Position numbers and translations under genes: made by a program | The notes under the pieces: model-generated | Databases searched by the model: none | What the model saw: the letters and a program-made list of their open reading frames with translations, nothing else | Told to the model about the DNA's origin: nothing | Origin: Takakia lepidozioides | Taxonomy: Eukaryota > Plantae > Bryophyta | Direction: 5' to 3' | Assembly (NCBI GenBank): GCA_030704615.1 | Contig: CM060733.1 | Coordinates: 41,416,001 to 41,480,000, forward strand | Length of the DNA stretch: 64,000 bases | Shown: piece after piece, positions 1 to 10,274 of the stretch | Position numbering within the stretch: the first letter of the stretch is position 1 | Layout of the letters: every line of letters starts with the position of its first letter

Positions 1-166
1 TTGTGACAGGCTGCATGCGGGATTGTTTTCCCTCCAAATCTTCAATCCGCGTGCTCAATTTCAGAGCGAACCCCTGCCAATCCTGTATCATCTCCAAATG
101 TCCCGTGTGACTCTCTGAACCTGAGATCTCCGCCATGGGCATATGTCCCGTGTGGTGTGACTTTGT

Positions 167-333
167 GAACCTTAAATATCCGAAGACGCAAGCTCCTCCA
201 AGCTTTGGCTCGAGCCCCTGGAGAGAAATGGAAACAAAGGCTCCCGGACCTGAAATATCCGAGGACGCAAGCTCCTCCAAGCTCTGGCTCGAGCCCCAGG
301 AAAGAGGAGAGAAATGGAAACAAAAGGCTCCCT
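167..333 (+). repeat. ~80-bp imperfect tandem duplication, possibly within a decayed LINE ORF1 remnant on the minus strand
   Basis: aaatatccga(a/g)gacgcaagctcctccaagct(t/c)tggctcgagcccc...gagagaaatggaaacaaa occurs twice. Confidence 0.6.
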
Positions 334-1581
334 GTCTTGCCGGGGAATTTGTACATTATCCTAGTCCGTCGATGGATGAAATGCGTGTTCTAGGATGAGT
401 GTCCGTTAGCACTAATTCTGGATTGTGGGTGGGTGCCAAGGCAGAGCAATGCCTATTCAACAAGAGGTTACCTAGTAGCCTCAAAAGGTTTAGTATTTGT
501 GGTCCTTGCTTAGAGGCGGTGCAGATCGATTTGTTTTTCTTAGCTGTAAAATTTGCCGAGGCAAGTCCTAAAGAGTTATGCCTGTTGCTAAGAAAAAGCA
601 TTTGTCCTTTGGCCCCCTCATTACCTTGTGAAACTTTGGTGATTTTTGGTGGCCTGGCCATAATGAGTTCACAAGGTGGACAGGCGCCATGTCTCAGGTT
701 TTCTTGACCTGGCGACTATGAGAATGCAGTTGAAGTTGAATCTGGTGCACCGACCTCTTCCCGATATAAAGAAAAAAGAGAAAAGAAAGAAAGAAAAGAA
801 AAGAATGCAGGCTTCTAAACCCCCAACCTGAACAACCAGCTGTGAATAATCTACAGTCTGCAGCCAACAGATGAAATGTGAGAAGACAAGAGGCACTTAC
901 TCATGTAGCCACATTGCATTCAACAAAATACTGGATGGGGCTGTCCCCAACTAATGCTTGTTCAATCAGGCTACTCTAAATTAAGAGCTGATTTTCAAGT
1001 ACTCAAGGACTCAAACACTACTTTAGATTCATGGGAAGTGAAGACAAGCTATGATAAAATAAAAGTACTTTCTATGTGACCTTCCCAACTTACCGTGGCC
1101 TCCAGCTTTTGCTCAAGAGTTAATCAAGCCAATGTAGGTGTTTTCAACAATGAATGACGCACAGTCACAACACAGCAGAAGAGCAACTCAATATTTATTT
1201 GACAGGCTCCAAAAAAAAAGACAGAGGGTGGGACCTACAAGAAGAAGAAAGTCATGGAGAATCTATGGCGTGAACTCGGGTTCAGGTGCTATTTTGATAC
1301 TGATATGGTTGATACCTGACCTCAAGGCCTGCAGTCCTACAAGTGGCAACCCAACCAGCTTTTTGATAAACACACAAATGCCATCGCTCCATTCTTAGTC
1401 AAATTCAGATTAGGAAGACAAGTTTGTACCAATAGCTACATCGCCGTACCTAATTTAAGTTCAAAAAGCATAATGGATCTACCCGTTCTCCTCCCCTGGA
1501 TTGGCATCTGAAGCCCTGAACATTGGCACTCCAGTTGGCCAAGCTCATCAACATTTCAAATTTATCTTACTGACAGCCAAT

Positions 1582-3248
1582 CTAGGCTGTATCTTTTTGT
1601 GATGATGATGTGGTGGTGGCTGGAGCCTCTGCCTTAGGTGCCTCTACTGGTGTGGCCTCAGTGCGGGAGCCCTGGACTTCTGCCTGGAACTCATTTGAAG
1701 AACTTTTAACCTCTGATTCAAACTCCTTAGCTGCCTGCAAGCAATCGACGCCATGTTTCCACATTCAATGTCCAATCAAGAGGTTATTCTAGCCTTCACT
1801 GCCTCAGAACCATACTACTGTTGAGTGTTCTGCCCATGGAATGGTATCTCATCAGACCAAGTGCATAGATGTGGACCAATCCCCTCCCAAGTAGCGGGAT
1901 GAAAAAGGCTGGCTGGTGATGCAGCACCAACATATTGCAGCCTATGTCATTTGACAGTGGTCACGAACTACTCTTTCCCCATGACAACATGTACCATATT
2001 ACCCAACCAAATAGAACCTGCATGTCGATCCAATCCTCTACCCTTTTTAAGCACGGCATCAGGATCTACAATTCCACTCAGAGGGACTATTTACCTCCTG
2101 GAAGCTCTTCACAGTTTTTCCAAGTGACTTGCCAAGCTCTGGCAGCTTTTTGGGGCCGAAAACAAGGGCCACCACTCCTGCAATCACCGCAAGCTCTGGT
2201 ACTCCAAGACCAAACAGTCCCCGAACCACCAAGGCTCCCCTCTTTCGGCTGTGAACTGGCCTTGGGGCTGCTGCTACAAGGCAATCTTTCCCTTCATTAA
2301 ACACCAGACTAGAGCTTGAGGCATGCACTCCTGCACCAATCCACCAGCATGCAGTTTTGAGTGGTGTCGTTCGTCTTCAAAATTTTCAGAAAGTTCCAGT
2401 AAGAAGGGCCCCTTGTTCATACTTTTGAGCAACTACAGAAGAATTCGCCAAAAATTGACTTCAAATTTTTGCACTCATAGTGATTGACATTTTCTGAACA
2501 AAAAATTCATTCACATTATGTTGCTGAATACAACATAGGCCAGGGTTGACAAATTCACTCCATAGTTCTTCTATGTGAAAAATAAAAAGGAATAAAATGC
2601 CCTGCTCTTCTCAAAGCCTTTAACAGCTCTATTTCTGCAACCAATGGATGGCGTCATCCAGTGTCTTGTCTTTGTCTTGTCTTGATGTGCCATACACACA
2701 GCCAAATGCTTTTCTGGTACCCCATGTTTGGGTCCCCAACTAAATCACTTTGAGAATAAGCTGAACTAACTAAGCCTTAAAGTGGTGAGAAAAAAAGTAG
2801 GGTTTGATAATTCCAATAACGCTGGATACTTTCTTTGGCTTCACCTAGTTGAGCTGACAAACTTTAGCCAACTGTCCCACACTAGGCTTTCAGTCTGGAG
2901 ATTCGCAACTAATAATATGAAGACTAATTTTCGGGATGACGATTCACCTCCCACAAAAGGGTTCAGTTTTCGATCAAACTTCACTCCAGTGCCTCTCATG
3001 AGTATTGGAGGAAACATGATATCTGGCCTATGCATTATGAAGTCCAGTCACAGATTGAAACTTACGGAACTGCTTGCAGAAAAAGAGAGAGATGCAAAAC
3101 CTGAGGTGAGGAAGGGGCTGGAAACGGTCTTTGCTAAATATCTCAGCTCGACTCCTGAAGACGCTGGAGAGATAGCCCGTGCTGTTGCGACGCATGACTT
3201 CCTCACAGCCGTCAGTTGAGATGCACAAACTGATACGGCTGCTGCCAT
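1582..3248 (-). CDS. TATA: Chloroplast twin-arginine translocase subunit TatA/Tha4; three exons, complement(1582..1734, 2095..2330, 3101..3248), about 178 aa
   Basis: Middle exon encodes GLFGLGVPELAVIAGVVALVFGPKKLPELGKSLGKTVKSFQE and splices in frame to AAKEFESE. The first exon (MAAAVSVCASQ...) is a Ser/Ala-rich transit peptide. GT-AG sites have consistent phases. Confidence 0.93.
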
Positions 3249-4157
3249 TTTCCTCTGTATATGACCTCGTTCGTTTGTGTCAATGAGAGAGAAACCTGCT
3301 CTGCACAACTATTTATCTATAGAGAACCTTACTTCTAACAGCTTCAACACAGACACGCCCAATAAAGGGAGGATGCACCAGGCAATCTGCCCACTGAAAC
3401 ATTCAAGAGAAAAGGCAGCACGGCAAAGCACAGCGCAGCGCAGCACAAGAAGTGTATTAGCCAAGGTTGAGGTCTGCCTCGGATCACAGCACTTACACAG
3501 TGCAGACCCTGTAAACAAGCACGCCCAAGTGGCAGTCAAGATTGAACCACTTTTTGTGGCGAACATATCCATTACCATACTTCTATTTCTATTTTTCTAA
3601 GGTAAAAAGCGCAGGGAGGAGTTGGGTTGGCAATCTAAAACCTGGGCAGATTTTTGTTGTGTACCTATTTCTCGGTCGTCCGCATCCGACTCGGTTTGAG
3701 AAAGATTGAAGCCTAAAAGCTGGCGTTTTTATTTGGTTATTACTTGCATCTGTTTCTAGATTGAGCTCAAGTGTGCTTTTCCACTGCTGGATTAACGACA
3801 TGTCCATCTGCTTACAAACCTGTAGCTGTGGGAGCAGCCATGGCGTGGATAAGGGGAGGTCGCTTCCGAGAGAAATCACTGCAGCACGGGTGTGGCAAGG
3901 TCTTGAAAATCTCCACGATTTACTTCATAGCCTCTCCTTTCTCTGCAATGGGTTTGTACCCGTATTTTTTTTCTCACTGTGTTGAGGGGAGGAGGCAGTG
4001 TCAGCAAGGCTGGAGCAAGCGCAAGCGCGGGCATGGAAGACGTTAGTGCAGCAGCAACATATGCAGTTTGGTGAGATACGCACGAGAAGAGCATGGCAGG
4101 TTGGACCCCGTGCCAAGCAACCAAGCCCTTGAACGCATGTGGGCTAGACTTTTGAAG

Positions 4158-5566
4158 TGTGGAGAGGGCGGAGGATGTGGAGATGTTGAAGGCGGGGGTT
4201 GTGGGTCGGTGGATGAACCAGGTTTGGAGCACTCCAGAGCGTCGGAGGGACAGTCTCAACATAGAGCGTTCTCTTCCAGATTTTGAAGAGCTTGATAAAG
4301 GTAAGCATGCTTTTGAGGCATAACGAGGAAGGCAGATGCCGCTGATCGTGAACTAACTTCCGGAGCTTATTGCTCTTTCTTATGCCCTTTTTCTTATGTA
4401 TGTGCAGATGAGTTACGAACATTTCTGGATCTGGAGCTGGAGAGCGATTTTGACTTTGAAATGTGTGAGTGACTTTTTTCCTGTGTTGTTTAGTAGTTGT
4501 GCGTGAATGCAGCATGTTTTCCTGTTGTCCTCTTGGGTATCCGATTGATGCTCCAGAAGTAGCAGCATTAAAAGACGATAATTGGTCTGAAGGTGTGTGT
4601 GTTTTCGCCCCAGAGGTTCTGAATGTACGTGTCAAGTTCATCTTGGTCTGCCTCCGTTGGGCAACAGCAGAGGAGTACGATAAAAGTAAGGAAGCAGCCA
4701 TGGGAATTGGGGGGACTCATGGTTTCTTTCTTCTGGGTCACTTGGATCTTGCAAGGCAGCGCGCCATTATGAGATCATGTTCCTGATTCATGAAGACTTC
4801 TTTGAGGATGTCCAAACAGTCATTGAAAAGGTTCAAGGTATTTTGTGCATCCTTCATGTCATCATTTCATCAACCACATGACTCTTACCCTGCCACTTTT
4901 AATTCCTTGAGCTGGTAGACTTTGGCAAGATAGGGAAGGCAAGTGGATGTGAGTAATAAGGGCGTATATCCTTGAATTAACAGCATTGCAATGGAAAAAT
5001 TGTTTTACAAGCTGGCCATCATCATGTGCCATCAAATGTGCTGCTCTTGCCGACATAGAGACCTAAGGGTGGGATCTCTCCGACTCATCTTTGCTGAGAT
5101 TGGCATTACTGTTCCTCTCGTGTTACCTGATTCTGCTGTTGTATATGGCTGCTCAGGCTACTTTACTGCAGGCAGTAAGAGTGGAGGGGTTGACTTTTGT
5201 GGTTGTGAGTTTTGTGGTGCAGACTTCATTGCAGAGAAGAAAGGAAAAGTCTGGAGGTTGAATGACTGGGGTTTAAGGCGTCTTTGTTATAAAATCAAGA
5301 AGGCGAACGAAGCCAACTATGTGCTAATGAACATAGAAATCAGCTCACAGGCTATCAACCAGCTTAATACCTTGCTCGAGAAGGATGAGCGAGTGATTCG
5401 GCACATGTGTATTACCCAAAAGGAAGCCATCACGGCAGCCTGTGAACCTCCTCCTGAATATTTCCCTGAGGCTGACCCTGGCAGCGACAATGACGATGAT
5501 GACTCTGAAAAGGAGGAAGAGGAAGAGGAGGAAGAAGACCGAGTGCTTCAAGAACAATCAAGTTGA
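4158..5566 (+). CDS. RFC3: Plastid ribosomal protein bS6-family protein, RFC3 (Regulator of Fatty acid Composition 3) type; exons ~..4300, 4408..4464, 4760..4837, 5223..5566; 5' end unresolved
   Basis: Spliced product reads SLPDFEELDK-DELRTFLDLELESDFDFEMSRHYEIMFLIHE...EKVQDFIAEKKGKVWRLNDWGLRRLCYKIKK...DERVIRH...CEPPPEY, then an acidic tail. This is the S6 motif set with the RFC3-type acidic C-terminus. Confidence 0.88.
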
Positions 5567-5865
5567 AGTTCAGGTTGAGGCTTCGGTTCAAATCCCTTAT
5601 TGTTCTACATGGGTTCTTAAATTTATTGTGCTTCAGAAACTTGAGTCTTACTGACATGATCTTGGAAAGAAATGACCATCTAGATCAGTGCCGAATGTTT
5701 TACCAATTCTAGAGCTACCACTATAGGGAAAGTCTTTGGTGTTCTCTTGCAGTCTTACCTTGATCGCACCTAGCATCTCAGTTAGAAGTCTTTCCTGTTG
5801 ATTATCTCCTCTACTACTCCACCTTTGCCTATGATCTCCTTCCTTCCCATCTTTGTCGTTCCACT

Positions 5866-6376
5866 CCTTTGAACGAAAAAACGGGTGGAGAGAGGGGAAA
5901 GAGATTGTATGTGCCCGATGTGGGGCCACCTGAAGATAAAATCCATTTTCTGATACATTGTCCGGAGTATTCTCACAGAGAGTGACCCTCTTCAGGAATA
6001 TTGAGAACATGATTTCTACAGGTCTGTTCACCAACTTCCAAAATCTCAAGGCTGAGCCTAAAGCCTTGGCTCTTCAGGAACATTGAGAACATGATTTCTG
6101 CAGGTCTGTTCACCAACTTCCAAAATCTCAAGGCTGAGCCTAAAGCTCTGGCTCTGTTGGGGTCTAACTTTTGGGCTGTTCAAACACAGCAGATTGATGC
6201 TTGTGTGATGGACTTTCTAGAGGATATCTGGAAGGCCCGAACTAATCATATATATCAAGGAAGTCACAGGACTGGAATGAGCCCCTCACAAAGGTAGTGG
6301 CTATTCCCTATGTTTCTGGCCAAACTGGGTGCGGGGCCTCTGGCCACAAGGCTATAGCAAGCAAAGTCTTATGAGT
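5866..6376 (+). mobile_element. 5'-truncated LINE (family A) 3' end with an internal 82-bp tandem duplication (5988-6069 and 6070-6151)
   Basis: Homologous to 14055-14484: EDKIHFLIHCP, LFTNFQNLKAEPKALALLGSNFWAVQTQQIDACV, and the same ggccacaaggcta...gtcttatgagt terminus. Confidence 0.85.
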
Positions 6377-7288
6377 TCATTCTCTCCAGTCCTACTAAAC
6401 CTCTCAGAGAGCTGCTCACAGCTACTCCACGTAATGGGGAATGAAACGTTGAAATCCTCCAAAAACAACTGAAAACAATGCTCACTGAAGATGTTTTAGT
6501 AATTTTAGTTAATTAACTAATTTCAAGAGAGAAAGGAGAATGAAGCCAGACAAACAAGAACTGACAAACCTTATACAACCACAAGAGCCATTTACAGAGA
6601 TGGGGATTTGTACCTGCCATTTAGCCAAACATTGACCAAACATAGATTAAATATGAGAAATGCAAATTACCAACAAAATGCTTGAACAAGCATGACCAAC
6701 TACCAGCTGCTAAGGATCATAACTTCAACCGCTTAAGTGCAGAACTTTAGCAAGCAGAATATCCAAAACCACATAGCGGAGGTGACAAAGCAAGACAGCT
6801 CTGATTGAGTGAAGGAATAGAGCCAAAATGGGGGTTGTTAGAACGTGAGACAACTCACTCCCTACACAGAAAAAACGGCAATAGAGTACCCATGTTTCCA
6901 CAGAAATAGAATATGAAGGACAGACATAGGGTTCCTACACGCGAATAGGCTTTCTTGCTGTATATTTACAAGTTCCAAGTTCTATGTAACCCTGGGTCTA
7001 TGCGGGAGTAATGTCACCCTGTGCCTTGTGTGTACCTCTCCTTAGTCCATTTTATACTAAGCCAAGTTTGGACTTAGTCAAACTTTAAGACTATGTGAGT
7101 TACGCCCTTACACTTCCTTCGATGTTACCAGTATAACCCTGAGTGGCCACTCCCCGCCACGTAACCCTGTGTAAATCTGAGTGGAGTTTATACTCCCTCC
7201 ATGTAACCTAGTGTCTCCACGAGTAAAGTTACTCCCCCCTTCAGTTCCAGGTCAATCGAGAGATAAGATAAGATAAAGTTTCTTTAAC

Positions 7289-7464
7289 ACTTGAGCAGGT
7301 AGCCCAGTGGTTGGGTGTTTGTGCCTTGCCTGTGCATAACCTAGGTGACCCTGGGTTCAATCCTTCAACATGTGCCTTCAGACCGTCCATTGGGCCCTCG
7401 ATGGCCTATGTGTTGAGCAGTAGGCTCTATAAATTCACTGGACGTTAAAGAATCTTTATCTTTA
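7289..7464 (+). mobile_element. tRNA-derived SINE
   Basis: Pol III A box TAGCCCAGTGG (7300-7310) and B box GGTTCAATCC (7364-7373); tail gacgttaaagaatctttatc; flanking direct repeat ctttaac at 7282-7288 and 7465-7471. Confidence 0.7.
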
Positions 7465-7611
7465 CTTTAACGTCCAGTGAATTTACAGAGCATAGAGAGA
7501 GAGGGTGGGGAAGATTTGAAACCAGCATTATTGTCTTGTTAGAGATTGCAAATGTGCATTAAGGTTCTTACTTTATTCCTAGTGTTTTCCAATTATGCTC
7601 AAGACAATGTC

Positions 7612-8096
7612 TAATAGATGTTGTGAGGGCTCTTGCCCCGAGCCCGTTGGCCGGAAGGCCTTGTCACCTTTTAAGAAAGATCATAAGCTTGAAGAGGGCC
7701 TCGGTTTGAAGTGGCACACATGCAAACTCTGCACATAGGATGTGTGATGGAGTTGTGCTTCTAGTGCCAACTTGCATTGCTTGGAGAAAATATGACTGCA
7801 GCGGTTCCAGATTTTCTCCCACCAGGAAACTGGGACACCGGGTGCCCAGAACTCACAGCCATAAAGTGACAGCCGGAGTGACAACAACGTCAAAGAGCCA
7901 CTTTTTGGTTGTGGGTGGCGCAAATGTAGATGGAGGCAGCCTTGCGCTTTGTCAATCTGTTCAAAGCAGTCGAGGCGAACTGGAATTTGAGTGAGTGGAT
8001 AACCAGATCCAGGTATTGGTACGAATTGGCAACCTCAACTTCCTGCTGGTTGAAGATGAATCTGTGGAAGGAGGTAAGAAAGAAAGACAATTGCAA
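7612..8096 (-). mobile_element. Degenerate internal fragment of LINE family B ORF2
   Basis: Frameshifted peptide EPLQSYFLQAM...TTPSHILCAEFACVPLQTEALFKL...ARALTTS matches the ORF at 14666-15475. Confidence 0.8.
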
Positions 8097-8319
8097 CGTT
8101 TATACGGAAAAACTTGTAACATGTGGTTGGTCCATTAAATGGGACAACCTAGACACACGGGAGCTTATGGGATGGGAAAAATGGCAGAACAGCTAGAGAA
8201 AGAAAGAAAGAAAGAAATTAGTGCCTCTAGAGTCTGCAGGAAGCTAAGGGAGGGAGAAAACAAAACACAGAAAAGTAGGAGGCAGGAGGGTGGAAATCTT
8301 TGTGGAGTCCAAAGGGGAC

Positions 8320-8705
8320 ACTAAAGTTATCCGTTAAGTCCAGTAGATGCACGGTGAGTTCGCCTAGTTTGGTCAAAAGACAGGGTGAACAGGTGGAAGC
8401 AGGCCCACAAAGTACAAGCGAGATAAAGAGGGGGCCAAACTCAAAATAGCAGGAAAAACCAGCCCCAAACATGTTTGATCCCGTCTTCCTCCGTCCTGAG
8501 ACACGTGGATGAGTCTGACGCGGGGCCCACGCTCCCATCATAACTGGCACAAGGCCACACCACTTTGTTCATCTCTGGTGCCCAGTTTACTCGAGTCCTG
8601 CCTATTTTACTGGACTTAACGGATAGGCTCAAACTGCCCACCAAAGCCGCATGTGGGGATGGTTCAGAGGGTCAAAGAGGGTGGGACTTAACCGATAACT
8701 TTAGT
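8320..8705. mobile_element. MITE with ~22-bp TIRs
   Basis: actaaagttatccgttaagtcc ... ggacttaaccgataactttagt (one mismatch), with an extra internal TIR-like copy at ~8610. Confidence 0.7.
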
Positions 8706-8977
8706 ATAACAAAGCAATCACTCAATTTTCTGTGGCGTCTGTGCCAGATCATGGGCTGAATTCCTCTCAACTCAACCAGCATTTACTTAAAAAAATTCAA
8801 AAAATCGACAGAGGTGCAACATGTGAATTTTACAGCAGGCCCGTGGCAAAAATGACGAGGTGGCACAGTGGCAGAGTTAGTAAAGTGGCTATACGACAGG
8901 TGGCACGTTTTAACAGGTCCACGATGGCAAAATCAAGTTGGTGATATTCAACTATTGACAAATTTTTAGGATTTTAC

Positions 8978-9329
8978 CAGTGTTGGGAGGTTCTTTGATT
9001 CAGCTACAAACCCCCGGAGGTTATCAAGAAGGTTATATGGATATATAACCGCGGTTCTCAAAGAAAACAAAGAACCGGCAAAGGCTCAAACCCGCAAGTT
9101 TCGAAGTTTTGAAATAACCAGCGTGACAACCTTCAAAGATCCACCAAAGACCCGCCGGTTATTTGATGAAAACTGCCGGTTCTTTGAGGTTCTTACAATT
9201 AATTGGAACCGGTGGTTCTTTCCATAAAAGATATACGAAAAAACCGGAACCAAAGGTTCTTTGATTTTAAGATTGTGTAAAAACCGGAACCGGAGGTTAC
9301 GAAAGAAATCAAATGACCGCCCAACAGTG
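8978..9329. mobile_element. hAT-like MITE
   Basis: Imperfect 23-bp TIRs (cagtgttgggaggttctttgatt / aatcaaatgaccgcccaacagtg) and many internal AACCGG/CCGGTT motifs. Confidence 0.7.
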
Positions 9330-9654
9330 TATTTACCCCCCATAATTCCTTTGTACACGTAGATGGGCTATGGCTTGGTGGATTTTTAAAAAGTAGGGTG
9401 ATGAGATATGCTAGCCTCCAGAGCCATAAAGTTTTCTAAGGGGTTGTCGTTTGCCCCCAGCGACGCAACGGCGTGAGCATACGCTCATGCCGCGTCGTTA
9501 CCGTGAGCCCGTACACCCGCCACATCGGCGTGAGCACATATCCCGCCACGTCACCTTGGGCCCACATAGCAAGTTACATAAGAAACGATGCCTATACCCG
9601 AGGGGCCTCTAACCGCGGACACCCTCCACACATACTCCAACACCTACAACATCT

Positions 9655-9792
9655 AAGCTGGACCCGGATTTTAAAATGAACCCGGGTCAAGGTCCGAGTT
9701 TTTGGTGATGGCACAGGTCCGGATTCGGATAGGTAACCCGGACCCTAATCCGCCGGGTACCTGGGGTCAAAACTTGGACCCACACAACACTA
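9655..9792. mobile_element. hAT-like MITE end fragment
   Basis: Clustered acccgg/ccgga motifs ending in caacacta (TAGTGTTG-type terminus). Confidence 0.45.
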
Positions 9793-10274
9793 TCGTCGAT
9801 GTCGTCAATGATCATCAAGAAATTATGATTCAGCAAGAAGCCATCCAGAAGTTTATGGAAGCATTCTGGATTGGCTGCACCTCAAATCTGTGCTAACATT
9901 GGTGAGGCATGTTATGCCTGAAATGAGATTGATTGCAAATCAAGATTGATGTCATTCAAGAAAGTGTTGCAATTAACCACCCAACAATCCAAATGCCAAA
10001 CGCATTTATAAATTTTTTTTTAAGCAAAAACACCAGAAGTGATGATCGGCGCCGATCATCACATCTATGAGTCAGGGCCAAATCTGGTGATCATTTGCCA
10101 GGGAAAAAAAAACACTGCTCGCAACCCTTTATGCTCTCTGACCATGTGGACCCCTGCAAAATGTAGACATTGAAAACTGCTTTTCGGATCTTAGGTTGGT
10201 GATAACCCCTGCTTGATTATGTACCTCACCGCCACTAAAGCCTTGTCTTACTTGGTACGTAATGAGGTGGGAAG

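Noticed and set aside
7291-7380. tRNA gene
   Set aside because: A and B boxes are present, but there is no cloverleaf or acceptor stem, and the sequence continues into a SINE body and tail.
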